A DNA stretch of 63,603 nt, filler included, from Babesia bigemina (taxonomy: Eukaryota), in NCBI RefSeq assembly GCF_000981445.1. It is 10 parts of 10 records of this genome, joined end to end, with 100 filler letters (N's around TTAATTAATTAA, not from the genome) between each part and the next. Parts side by side here need not be neighbours in the genome. Positions count along the whole stretch, not along the records: positions 49,180 to 56,354 come from NW_012236962.1; positions 56,455 to 58,921 come from NW_012236975.1; positions 59,022 to 63,603 come from NW_012236976.1; 7 more parts are not named here. The stretch is one strand, 5' to 3'. A program made the position numbers and the translations under genes. Positions 53,101 through 63,000 of the stretch are shown in pieces. Below the pieces are notes generated by a model. That model did not search any database. It saw only the letters and a program-made list of their open reading frames with translations, and was not told the DNA's origin. Each line of letters starts with the position of its first letter. Within the stretch, counting starts at the first letter, position 1.

Positions 53101-55349
53101 AGACTGCTAACTGCACTGTTCTGAAGATGGTTGAGATCGTTGTAAATTTTCGTGAGGTTCTCAATTGTTCCCAAATACACACTATCGTCATCTTTGAGAA
53201 TTCTGTCCAGCATTTTTAAATAATCAAGCAGAGTTTTGTCTTCGCTTAGGCTGTTGTTATCACCAACCAGCTTCGTAATACCGTTAACAAATCGACGAAA
53301 ACTACTGTCGAACTCACCGTAAGCCATCGAAATAGTATCGGTGGTTATGGGTTTGCCGTTGCTTGGATGTGCAGGATATTTAATGTTGTCCAACTCCGCA
53401 TTCACCTTCTCCCTAATATCTCCAATAGCTTTGGGGAGGGAGCCCTCTTGATCACCTTTGCCGGTGAGTCCGCTCGAAGGGACTGGTTGTTTAATGCAAC
53501 CAGTATACGTTTTAAACGTAGTCGTCTTGGAGATGTCAATTTTAGTCGTTGTTAACCCATTGAGATCATACCCTTGCGGCAGTTGTTGTCCCAGTGCTTC
53601 ATCAATATCCTTATTAAAATAATAGTCGGCGAGTTCTTTTTTCTTGCCGAGACCTGGGAGCAATGCTTGATCAGTCGAAGACCCTGCAGTTGCTGTTACT
53701 AAATTTTCATGCAGTTTATTAGCCACACCGAGCGCCGCGTCAACGTTTTTCATGTTTCCTTCTTTATTCCCTTGACCGATAAGCCACTTAAGATTGGCGG
53801 AGTGTTGGCTAGCAACGCCGAGTAGCTGATTGAGAGCGTATTTAACGGCATTAATGAAGAGTCTGTCAGGCCGGTCGGCGCGTTTTCCGTAGATCACAAT
53901 TTCTTCATTATTCTGAATAGCCTTAGCTATTTTCGTCGCAACGTCGTGAATAGATCCATCCTTAACCTTTCCTTCAAGCTGCTGAACAAATATATTTATA
54001 CCGCTCTCTACAGCGTCCAGATAGCCAGTTATTTTGGCATCGGGATGGGTTGAACCGATCTGTTGGATTTGTTCTTCCACCGCTTGACCAGCCAGATCGA
54101 TATAGCCATCAACGAGCTGTCTCTTCAAAACATCTGCAACTCCTGCTCTTTTTACTTCAAAGTTCACGTCAACATACGTTGTAAATAGTTTCTTCACATA
54201 CTCATCTTTCTCCAATATTCCCTTCACCCACTCCTCCACTTTTTCCCCAAACTTATCTGCCCCGCTAAAATCCGCAGCCCACTTCTGCACTTCGGTTTCA
54301 ATTTTTAGTAGACCTGGCCCATAATCTTTAATTTTCGTAACTTCATTTCGAACTACATCGACGTACTCTCTAACATAATTCCATATGCTCATCTGAATCT
54401 CCTGTTTCACTAGATGTAAACCGTCCCTGACCGCTTCGTTCAGAAACATCACACTCTCAAGCGCTGCCGTAGTTTGCTGATCTGCCAATTTTTTTGCCGT
54501 AGTTATAGCCCTAATGAGTATCTCGGCTTTGTCATTCAACTTCTTGGCAGCCTCCTCTACTGCTGCTTTTTTCTTGGGAGTATGTCTTCTTTTTTCTTCT
54601 TCTGTTTGTGCTTCTTTACAGTTTAGAACATTTGTGATTTCTTTCACTATCTCCAAAGCTTTTGCAACCGCATCCGTAGCGTTCTCTCTCCAAGCATTTA
54701 AGGCACCTAGGTGATTCTTCAGCCGACTGTTAATGTCTTCAATTTTCGTCTTTATTTGCGACTCAAATTTTATATTAATATTCGTTGACAAATCTGATAC
54801 TCTACTCATTACTTCGCCGTGAACCTGAGTTTGAAGTTGTTCTAACTGCCATTCAGCGTATTGTAACATAGACTTCAATTCCTCATTGGTGGCAGCGGAT
54901 ACGAAGGCCCTAACCTGCACTTCCACGTCACTGATTGCAGGTTGTAGTGTATTCTGCAGGTTAGTATCTAACTTGCTACAAGATGCTTTCGCGAACAGGA
55001 AGTCTTTCGACATGTTTCTAGCTTCAGTGATACACGTGTCTAATGCATCGGCCACCTGACTAATTGTGCTGCCTTTGAGGTCTCTAAGTGATTTGAGTGC
55101 TTTAGTAATTCTAGGAATATTATAGTTTGTTAGAACATTAAGACAGTTTTTTATATTTTCTGTTCTACCAGTCACCTCTCCATCCCACTCCCCCAGCGCC
55201 GTGCTCACAGCCTTAACGGCCTTAGACAATCCACCAGATTTGTGCATACTGTCTTTAATTGTTTTAAGTGTTTTATCCATGTTAGTATAGTAAGTTGTAA
55301 CGCTTGGATCATCTTTCACCGCACCAAGCACACCACTCAAAAATCCCAT
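50154..55349 (-). CDS. ves1: ves1-like antigen, copy 8 (mosaic, hybrid tail)
   Basis: First ATG 55349; frame open to 55502; tail RVGRLGKISYLQP. Confidence 0.8.
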   Translation of the reverse strand: MGFLSGVLGAVKDDPSVTTYYTNMDKTLKTIKDSMHKSGGLSKAVKAVSTALGEWDGEVTGRTENIKNCLNVLTNYNIPRITKALKSLRDLKGSTISQVADALDTCITEARNMSKDFLFAKASCSKLDTNLQNTLQPAISDVEVQVRAFVSAATNEELKSMLQYAEWQLEQLQTQVHGEVMSRVSDLSTNINIKFESQIKTKIEDINSRLKNHLGALNAWRENATDAVAKALEIVKEITNVLNCKEAQTEEEKRRHTPKKKAAVEEAAKKLNDKAEILIRAITTAKKLADQQTTAALESVMFLNEAVRDGLHLVKQEIQMSIWNYVREYVDVVRNEVTKIKDYGPGLLKIETEVQKWAADFSGADKFGEKVEEWVKGILEKDEYVKKLFTTYVDVNFEVKRAGVADVLKRQLVDGYIDLAGQAVEEQIQQIGSTHPDAKITGYLDAVESGINIFVQQLEGKVKDGSIHDVATKIAKAIQNNEEIVIYGKRADRPDRLFINAVKYALNQLLGVASQHSANLKWLIGQGNKEGNMKNVDAALGVANKLHENLVTATAGSSTDQALLPGLGKKKELADYYFNKDIDEALGQQLPQGYDLNGLTTTKIDISKTTTFKTYTGCIKQPVPSSGLTGKGDQEGSLPKAIGDIREKVNAELDNIKYPAHPSNGKPITTDTISMAYGEFDSSFRRFVNGITKLVGDNNSLSEDKTLLDYLKMLDRILKDDDSVYLGTIENLTKIYNDLNHLQNSAVSSLETEARNFYNDVVLVQTDFAIKYINATASTLLTNLTSEFQKKVRTDYYKKLSNILKAVSDVLTKDIMNIKNKIDEDKSNGIKGLLKWMHNGNDMYTLEFIKENSNASPNLSDKFRGYSNMVLQYVEHQANTPGQTANLPTDQSERVKDIKTVLDNLLGYLTINDTKVHNFDHIYVSYLTALNDSLSKLSPSFSSPSPLLAPLKAGLSNFTAQLGLAYVNRYSGKQFQGELLKEVKSKDAAEKPTTPKKPVFELTPEGRNCAKVCLTIVEMVMSSLTVLSINCKSLGGIQINKSTDLGKLFDGLGFIVSDQGKQNGELHDCDKILGEHISKRFTLPISGVKNNEHLILCKSNVRNKIKAFHLFNILECLSTHLTEYNKVCHLTVPTHPQYPCSVRDMLSWLAGLPFTSVYAKIESHCSKLLGEEVEDAAKRSKDPDPVISNILKGELYKTLRATCLHSYRVVNTIQGHGHGVPNADYPYACDVSNNSRNFHYPANVSGVFDMLRDICKRLWTALYFLHAQCQYTTSQANGWYDCEYGRNVSGYQWLCNTVQCSYQEGNQTPNQMGNQRCNQIGNQPCDQRPKCGVKSPLQSFLEDGLSGFLPHALTFEGTKLKCATCPMASPGTPCITPMGFGNLGYVASLSGTGKDIAAVLHFVANDADALLASLYRGLSLLCPVPPSSLSDMISFYCLLFRNWKSKTYSYNEKYVQAIKSVIESCFPFKNCRSLHNNYEAKSLTTSYSYVNCIVDNHPGYKVENEIMHYDLSGIVMGHECPSGVCIPYLMPLGHYTNHTFPAKHARLYVSWMIYLPWTFKKMLDDLLNDFHNISCKASGCLSCTCTVGKHGDMIEDAAVCNCSSIVQCGGVLRMLYKYGMTLYNASELNKRKKTCHDFYSKLKQLLNSSQFDYFFKTIDNFFFAIRAPFIWLNVALWLLSLLYLLHIMVIRLDLLHIKSHLHSPSSHRIAAQSLLAAARVGRLGKISYLQP

Positions 55350-55654
55350 CACCCCGTCGCACAGCCTGTCCAAGTCAGAGTACACAATCCCCTGGCCAGT
55401 GTAGCCTTTGGAAGCAGAGTTGAAGCCGAGGAAAGTCTCAAGGCCGGTGCAGAGGTAATTTAGGATGTGATTAGGGTTGTTATTTAAGGTATTTTTAAGG
55501 TTTTAAATTTTGTCAAATTTCTTGCCAAGCTTCTCAAGTGGCACATGGTCAGGGCAGTGGCAAGAGGTGGAAGAGGGGAAGAGAAGGGTGACAAGGCACA
55601 AGTTATTGCTATGGTTTATAGAGGTCATAGCGGTATTATGGCGAGGTAATTCGA
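55350..55654 (-). other. Conserved cassette leader: ATG 55628 in frame, TAA at codon 42 (55503-55505)
   Basis: MTSINHSNNLCLVTLLFPSSTSCHCPDHVPLEKLGKKFDKI*NLKNTL... Confidence 0.85.
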
Positions 55655-56354
55655 GGGATGTAGAGTGGATAAAGGGGCGATGTAGAGTGGGTTAAGGAGC
55701 GATGTAGAGTGGGTTAAAGGGCGATGTAGAGTGGGTTAGGGAGCGATGTAGAGTGGGTAAAGGGGCGATGTAGAGTGGGTTAGGGAGCGATGTAGAGTGG
55801 GTTAGGGAGCGATGTGGAGTGGTTAAAGGGGCGATGTGGAGTGGGTTAGGGAGCGATGTAGAGTGGGTAAAGGGGCGATGTAGAGTGGGTAAAGGGGCGA
55901 TGTAGAGTGGGTTAGGGAGCGATGTAGAGTGGATAAGGAGCGATGTAGAGTGGGTTAGGGAGCGATGTAGAGTGGATAAAGGGGCGATGTAGAGTGGATT
56001 AAGGAGCGATGTAGAGTGGGTTAAGGGGCGATGTGGAGTGGATTAGGGAGCGATGTAGAGTGGGTTAAGGGGCGATGTAGGGTGGATAAAGGAGCGATGT
56101 CGAGTGGATTAGGGAGCGATGTGGAGTGGATAAAGGGGCGATGTAGAGTGGATAAAGGGACGATGTAGAGTGGGTTAGGGAGCGATGTGGAGTGGATTAG
56201 GGAGCGATGTAGAGTAGGTTAGGGAGCGATGTGGAGTGAATTAGGGAGCGATGTAGAGTGGGTTAGGGAGCGATGTAGAGTGGGTAAAGGGGCGATGTAG
56301 AGTGGGTAAAGGGGCGATGTAGAGTGGATAAGGGAGCGATGTGGAGTGGACAAA
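55654..56354. repeat. R22 minisatellite upstream of ves copy 8
   Basis: 22-nt units. Confidence 0.97.
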
Positions 56355-56454
56355 NNNNNNNNNNNNNNNNNNNNNNNNNNNNNNNNNNNNNNNNNNNNTT
56401 AATTAATTAANNNNNNNNNNNNNNNNNNNNNNNNNNNNNNNNNNNNNNNNNNNN

Positions 56455-57213
56455 ATTGCGCTTTGTAATGCTTATAACAGCAACAAAAGGCACGACGGTA
56501 TGGAGCATCCTAACGTTTCAGACGCCGATTTGTCAACTTTGTCGAAAGAAACGACATGTAATTATCCAAACAAAAACATTCATTGCGCACCATATCTGTC
56601 GACCTTATACAGCGATTACTACTACTATGCTGCCGAAAAGCACACTGCTCTCTACCTGTCCTGGGCACTGTATTCAGCGTGGACGTTATACGAATATCTG
56701 AAATCGTTGCTAGATGCCTTCGGTAACATTTCCTGTCAGGATTGGGGATGTGACAAATGCCAACATGGAGGCAAATGTAAACCAGGCAGACATGGCCTTA
56801 ACTACAACTGCCGATGCAAAGGGCTTGTTGAGTGCCGCGGTGTAAGGAGCATCTTTTACGCCTACGGGTTCACATTTGGTAATGCTGAAGTCTTATCTGA
56901 CTTTGAGAATAAAAGATACTGTCACAATTTCTACAAACAACTGCAGAACGTATTAAATTCCAAATGTTTCATTGACCTCTTCCAAAAATGTGACGAATTC
57001 ATATTCACCATCAGGCAGCCGTTTATATGGCTGAACATCGCACTCTGGTCACTGTCCCTCTTCTACCTCATCTGCGTGATGGTTGGTCGCCTGGACGTTT
57101 TCCACATCCGATCCCATCTCAGATCACCCTCATCGCACACCATCACTGCGCAATCACTGTTGGCTGCAGCGCAAGTCGGAAGGCTTGCCAAGATAACTTA
57201 TCTACAACCGTAA
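56455..57213 (+). CDS. ves1: ves1-like antigen, copy 9, 3' fragment (B-type tail)
   Basis: Frame open from the gap edge (IALCNAYNS...); CAPYL, CQDWGC, TM, AKITYLQP. Confidence 0.8.
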   Translation: MALCNAYNSNKRHDGMEHPNVSDADLSTLSKETTCNYPNKNIHCAPYLSTLYSDYYYYAAEKHTALYLSWALYSAWTLYEYLKSLLDAFGNISCQDWGCDKCQHGGKCKPGRHGLNYNCRCKGLVECRGVRSIFYAYGFTFGNAEVLSDFENKRYCHNFYKQLQNVLNSKCFIDLFQKCDEFIFTIRQPFIWLNIALWSLSLFYLICVMVGRLDVFHIRSHLRSPSSHTITAQSLLAAAQVGRLAKITYLQP

Positions 57214-57357
57214 TTGTATTCACATTTGTAATTCACAGTAACTCACGTAACTACTCACCTACTCACCTAACAAACAAACGTAGTCTAATGTCTCGAATTA
57301 CTCGAGCGGCAACCTGTGAACTGGATAGCACCTAGATGAGGTGATGAGTGAACGACA

Positions 57358-57702
57358 ATGCAACGTGTCTACCTAACAACCAGGCAAAGTGTTAACCTAG
57401 CACACAGGCAAAGTGCTAAGCTAGCATCCAGGCAAAGTGGTAAGCAAGCAACCAGGCAACGTGCTAAGCAAGCAACCAGGCAACGTGCTAAGCAAGCACC
57501 CAGGCAAAGTGTTAACCTAGCACCCAGGCAAAGTGCTAAGCTAGCACCCAGGCACAGTGCTAAGCTAGCACTCAGGCAACGTGATAAGCTGGCACACAGG
57601 CAAAGTGCTAAGCTGGCACCCAGGCGAAGTGCTAACCTAGCACCCAGGCAAAGTGTTGGCCTAGCAACCGGGCAACGTGGTAAGCTGGCGGATGAACCGT
57701 AA
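57358..57702. repeat. R24 minisatellite
   Basis: 24-nt units. Confidence 0.95.
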
Positions 57703-58198
57703 TTTGGTGGGTGCGTTAAGACGTTGATTGCCTGTTGCGTTGAGTCACGCGTTGGCTGTGAGAGGTGTCCGCGTTGCCCATTGAGTGAGTGTCAGGTGAG
57801 GCTAGGTGATTGGTCGCTAACGTAGGCGGTCGTGAGGGCCGCGGCGGGTGACCCAAGTCGTGTGTTGCGAGTCACCGGCAGGGTGGAGTTATCCGCGTCG
57901 GCCTGGTTAAGTAGCGTTTATAGGCGGCGATGTAGCGATTGTTAATATCACATTTAGGCACTTAGCCGACCCGCTGCGCCAGCATGGCGTCGATACCGCG
58001 GCTCGTAGAACGGTGCTGCTGCACTGTGGGAGTTGAGCGCACGGGTCGCTGCAATTTTTATGGCGTTGCGAATGATAAATAATTTAAGTGGCTGTTGGTG
58101 CCAATCACATGCGTCGCGTCAGGGAAGCTGTGGTATCCTGGGCAGCGTGGGTGTCGGTAGCCTGGGCTGGGGGAACACAGGGGTGAGGGTAGGTGTTG
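57703..58198 (+). promoter_or_regulatory. Second copy of the conserved ~500-bp GC-rich non-coding element
   Basis: Colinear with the reverse complement of 15505-16002. Confidence 0.4.
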
Positions 58199-58671
58199 AT
58201 GAGGGGACTGGGAGCGGCAGTGGTACGTGTTGCAGTTGGTGAGTGCGTTGCTGGGTGATTGATATGTCAGCAGGTTGAGGGGAGTGGGAGCGGCAGTGGT
58301 ACGCGTTGCAGTTGGTGAGTGCTGCTTGAGTGATTGATATGTCTGCAGGTTGAGGGGACTGGGAGCGGCAGTGGCACGTGTTGCAGTTGGTGAGTGCGTT
58401 GCTAGGTGATTGACATGTTCGCAGGTTGAGGGTACTGGGAGCGGCAGTGGCACGTGTTGCAGTTGGTGAGTGTTTGCATAGGTGATTGATATGTTTGCAG
58501 GCTGAGAGACTGGGAGCGGCAGTGGTACGTGTTGCAGTTGGTGAGTGCGTTGTTTGAGTGATTGATATGTTTGCAGGTTGAGGGGAGTGGGAGCGGCAGT
58601 GGTAGTGTTGCAGTTGGTGAGTGCTGCTTGAGTGATTGATGCTTGCAGGTTGAGGGGACTGGGAGCGGCAG
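58199..58671 (+). repeat. R76 exon/intron-like tandem repeat, about 6 units
   Basis: Units restart after CAG at 58274, 58349, 58425, 58501, 58577, 58649; each has TTG|GTGAGT...TGAT/TGAC...GCAG. Confidence 0.88.
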
Positions 58672-58921
58672 CGATGACAAGGTCACGGCAGCGATGTCAT
58701 GGTTACGGCAGCGATGACAAGGTCACGGCAGCGATGACATGGTTACAGCAGCGATGACATGGTTACAGCAGCGATGACATGGTTACCAAGTTAGTGGTCA
58801 CGGCAGCGATGACATGGTCACGGCAGCGATGACATGGTCACGGCAGCGATGACATGGTTACAGCAGCGATGACATGGTTACCAAGTTAGTGGTCACGGCA
58901 GCGGTGACATGGTCACGGCAG
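58666..58921. repeat. R20 minisatellite
   Basis: 20-nt units with two CCAAGTTAGT interruptions. Confidence 0.93.
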
Positions 58922-59021
58922 NNNNNNNNNNNNNNNNNNNNNNNNNNNNNNNNNNNNNNNNNNNNTTAATTAATTAANNNNNNNNNNNNNNNNNNNNNNN
59001 NNNNNNNNNNNNNNNNNNNNN

Positions 59022-59643
59022 TAGAGTGGGTTAGGGAGCGATGGAGAGTGGGTTAAGGGGCGATGTAGAGTGAATAGAGGGGCGATGTGTAGTGGGTAAG
59101 GGAGCGATGTAGAGTGGGTAAGGGGCGATGTAGAGTGGGTAAGGGAGCGATGTAGAGTGGGTAAAGGAGCGATGTAGAGTGGGTTAAGGAGCGATGGAGA
59201 GTGGAAAAAGGGGCGATGTGGAGTGGGTAAAGGGGCGATGTAGAGTGGGTTAAGGGGCGATCTAGAGTGGATAAGGAGCGATGTAGAGTGGATAAGGAGC
59301 GATGTAGAGTGGTTAAGGGGCGATGTAGAGTGGGTTAGGGAACGATGTAGAGTGGATAAAGGAGCGATGTGGAGTGGGTAAAGGAGCGATGTAGAGTGGG
59401 TTAAGGAGCGATGTGGAGTGGATAAAGGGGCCATGTGGAGTGGATTAAGGGGCGATGTAGAGTAGATAAAGGGGGGATGTAGAGTGGATAGAGGAGCGAT
59501 GTGGAGTGGGTTAGGGGCGATGTAGAGTGGATAAAGGGTCGATGTAGAGTGGATTAAGGGGCGATGTGGAGTGGGTAAAAGGGAGATGTAGAGTGGGTTA
59601 AGGGGCGATGTAGAGTGGGTTAGGGAGCGATGTGGAGTGGATA
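59022..59643. repeat. R22 minisatellite (G-rich on +)
   Basis: 22-nt units. Confidence 0.96.
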
Positions 59644-59660
59644 ATAATCACTACTTTGGT

Positions 59661-59915
59661 AACCATGTCATCGCTGCCGTGACCATCAACTTGGTCAGGT
59701 GCTTGGTCACCACTTTGGTCAGCACGTTGGTCATGGCATTGGTCAGCACCTTGGTCAGCACCTTGGTCAGCACTCTGGTCAGCATCTTGGTCAGCACATT
59801 GGTCATGGCATTGGTCAGCACATTGGTCATGGCATTGGTCAGCACTCTGGTCGTGGCATTGGTCAGCACATTGGTCATGGCATTGGTCAGCTACTAGGTC
59901 AGGTGGTTGATCATC
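59661..59915. repeat. Single R20 unit followed by R12 minisatellite
   Basis: AACCATGTCATCGCTGCCGTGACCATC then TTGGTCA every 12 nt. Confidence 0.92.
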
Positions 59916-60042
59916 ACTTTAGTTAACTACTACACAACAACATACAACGATGAATGAGTGATGCAACAGCTTAAAGCACAATTCATAAGTTAGGTGAGTA
60001 GGTGATGCTAGGTGAGTGTGGACAGTAAACACGTGAGTACGA

Positions 60043-63000
60043 TTAAGGTTGCAGGTAAAACACCCTGTTAAGCTTGTTAACACGTGCGGCAGCCAGTAGT
60101 GATTGAGCAGCAATCCTATGACTCGAGGGACTATGCAAATGCGATTTGATGTGGAGCAGGTCTAGGCGGATGACCATGATGTGGAGGAGGTACAACAAAG
60201 AGAGGAGCCAGAGGGTCAAAACATTAAGCATGAAAGGCCATCTTATACATAGTAGAATGTCGTCGCATTTGTCGAAGAGGTCTCTGAAATATTGCGAGTG
60301 TAGCACGTCGTAAAGCTGTTTGCAAAATTGGGAACACGTTTTACGCGTGCCTTCAGCGTTTAAGGTAGATGCTTCACCGAAGCAAAAACCGTGCCTATAC
60401 AATATGGGTGAGACACCTCTACACTGAACTATTGAAGCACACTGACAATACGGCGTCTTAGTCTTCTCATCGCTGAGTCCATGCTGACCACGTCGGCATT
60501 TATCAGCGCGTAAACACGTGCGACATCCCCAATCTGCGCATAAGATATTGCAGAATTCGTCATATAGGCTCTTGAGGTATTTCCAGAAATCCCACGGCAG
60601 GTAGACAGCCCAGGAGAGATAGGTTTTTGAATTCTTAGATGGTAGACACGAGTAGTAATCTTCACTAAGCGATAACATATATGGAGCGCAATATGCTTTC
60701 ATTTTAGGATCATTATATCCTGTTATCGAAAGACTGGATAACGCAGCGTGTGGAGGCATACGAACCTGAGTGAGTTGAACAGGCCGTGGATCACCATACG
60801 CATTACGCAATGCTTCTGTAAAATTCGTAGGTTTTTCGTATAGTTCAATGGAGACGTTTGTAATTGCTTCCTCAAAAGGTTTTTCCACACCTGTCTTACG
60901 CTTCTTGTTGTCGCTACCAACCCACCCAGCAACAAGCGACAACGTGAATCCGAAGTGTTCCGGTAACGTAGATGGCGTTTTAGTTTGCAAGCTGAATAGG
61001 ACCTTAAGGTTGCCGTTGTCAAAGAATTTGCCTAGCACGTCACTTATGTCTCTACCTTCACGCTTGGTCCCGGAGAAACCTCGGAATCCTAGGGGAGTGA
61101 GACAGGGCATTCCAGGCGTGGATCTAGGGCAGGTAGTACATTTCGCTTTGCAGCCAATGTCACTCAAAACGTGAGGTAAGTGGCCAGGTAAGCAGTCGTT
61201 CAGATAGGACATCAACGGCGATTTTGGTTGGCAATTTGGTTCGCACTTTGCTTGACCATTTGGTTGGCATGTTACTTTGCTGCTTGAGTGTTCGTTACAG
61301 GGCCAGTTGGTTGTCTGTACGTCTTTGCCATAATGGCAACCTGCCCACCCGTACTCTCTCGCGGCGGTGCTGCACTGTGTCTCCAGGTATTTGAGCGGCG
61401 GGAACAATCTGCGGAGGATGTCGAGGAACATGTCAAGGCATTCCTCAGCCGACGTCGGATATCTGAACTTGAGAGAGTTATTGCAGAAGTCTACGCCGTA
61501 CGTTGTGTATTCGTCGCCGTGACCGATGATGCGAGTCAGCACGTCATGCGATGTTGCACAAATATGGTTGATGGCAGAATGTATATGATCATATCGGATC
61601 TTACTCGGGAACACGTCCACGTAGTACGCTGTCAAATCGTCATATTCAGCATCCAATTCCAATCCGTCGTCGCTCGCCTGTATTATCTTCTTCTTCGGCT
61701 TCTCCATCAGACCAGTGAAACCATCGCGCACAAATATCTCGTAAACCGAATTATAATGCAAACCAGCGCACCAAACTAGCATCTCGTACACAGAACATGG
61801 ATTACGTTTGGCAGTTAAAGATGCCATGTGGCCGAGAGTATAGTACGTTTCCAGGTGGCAATGGAGGCAGGCAAGTACATCAAGGACGTGGAACTTATCA
61901 CTTTTCTTTTCTCTGCCGGTCTTCTCATCCTCGTTTGATTTGCACTTCAAAAGATGTGTTTTGATGTTTTCGACGTTCGTAAGTGCCTGCCTAATTTTTG
62001 CATGAATATGTGAACCCATCATCTGGTCACTACGCCTCAACTCGCCGTCCTGCTTATCCCTATTGGAAACAACGTAACCGCAATCACTTAAAAATGAACC
62101 AAGAACACTAATACGATCTATTTGTTTGGAATGCCAATCTAATTTGCATTTCTCTCTCAACACATCCAACTCCCCTTTCACCATCTCCACTATCGTCAGG
62201 CAGACCTTGGCGCAGTTGCGGCCCTCAGGGGTTAAATCGTACTTTTTCTCAGATTTTTGTTTAAGAGCAGGAACAGCTTTTTTGGAGTCAGAATCTTCCA
62301 CTTCCTTCAACAAAGCCCCGTTGAATCGTTTACCCGAGTACCTGTTCACGTACGCGCGGCCGAGTTGCTCGGCGAATTTGGAGAGGCCGGCCTTGAGGGG
62401 GGCGAGGAGGGGGGAGGGGGAGGTGAAGGAGGGAGAGAGGGAGTCAACAAGAGAGTTGAGGGAGGCGAGTAAATCAACGAAATTATGGTCGTAGTTATAT
62501 AACTTGTCTTTTTCGAGGTGATTAAGAAGTTCGACGAGTTTGTCGAAAATGGCCTTGAGTTGAGAGGGGTAGTCGGTGGAGGGAGAAGGGTGGGAGGCGA
62601 TAAGTCTTTCGATTTCGTCTTTATTGTAGACGATAATGGGACGGAGATAGGCACGGACGTAGGGAACTAACTCTGCTACCTTTTCCCCGTCTTCCTCCAT
62701 TTTCTTTCTGAGCTGCATAAGCAAATTATGTTCTTCCGTCACATCACCTTTATGACCAGCAGGAACACCGCTCAAGGTTTTCATAGAGCCTATGACGCCT
62801 GTTCTCATGGCATTGGATATGAGTCCATCAATAATAATACTTTGGCTTTCCACTAACATTTCCAAAGCTCTCAAGTCCGCCTGTCGTTCAGTTGCAAAGA
62901 GCTGCTGCACGCTAGACGTGACGATTAAGAATGAAGCTTTGATTTGATTAAGCATATTATTCCGAAGATCGTCTACGGCTTGCTTGCACATTTTTTCACA

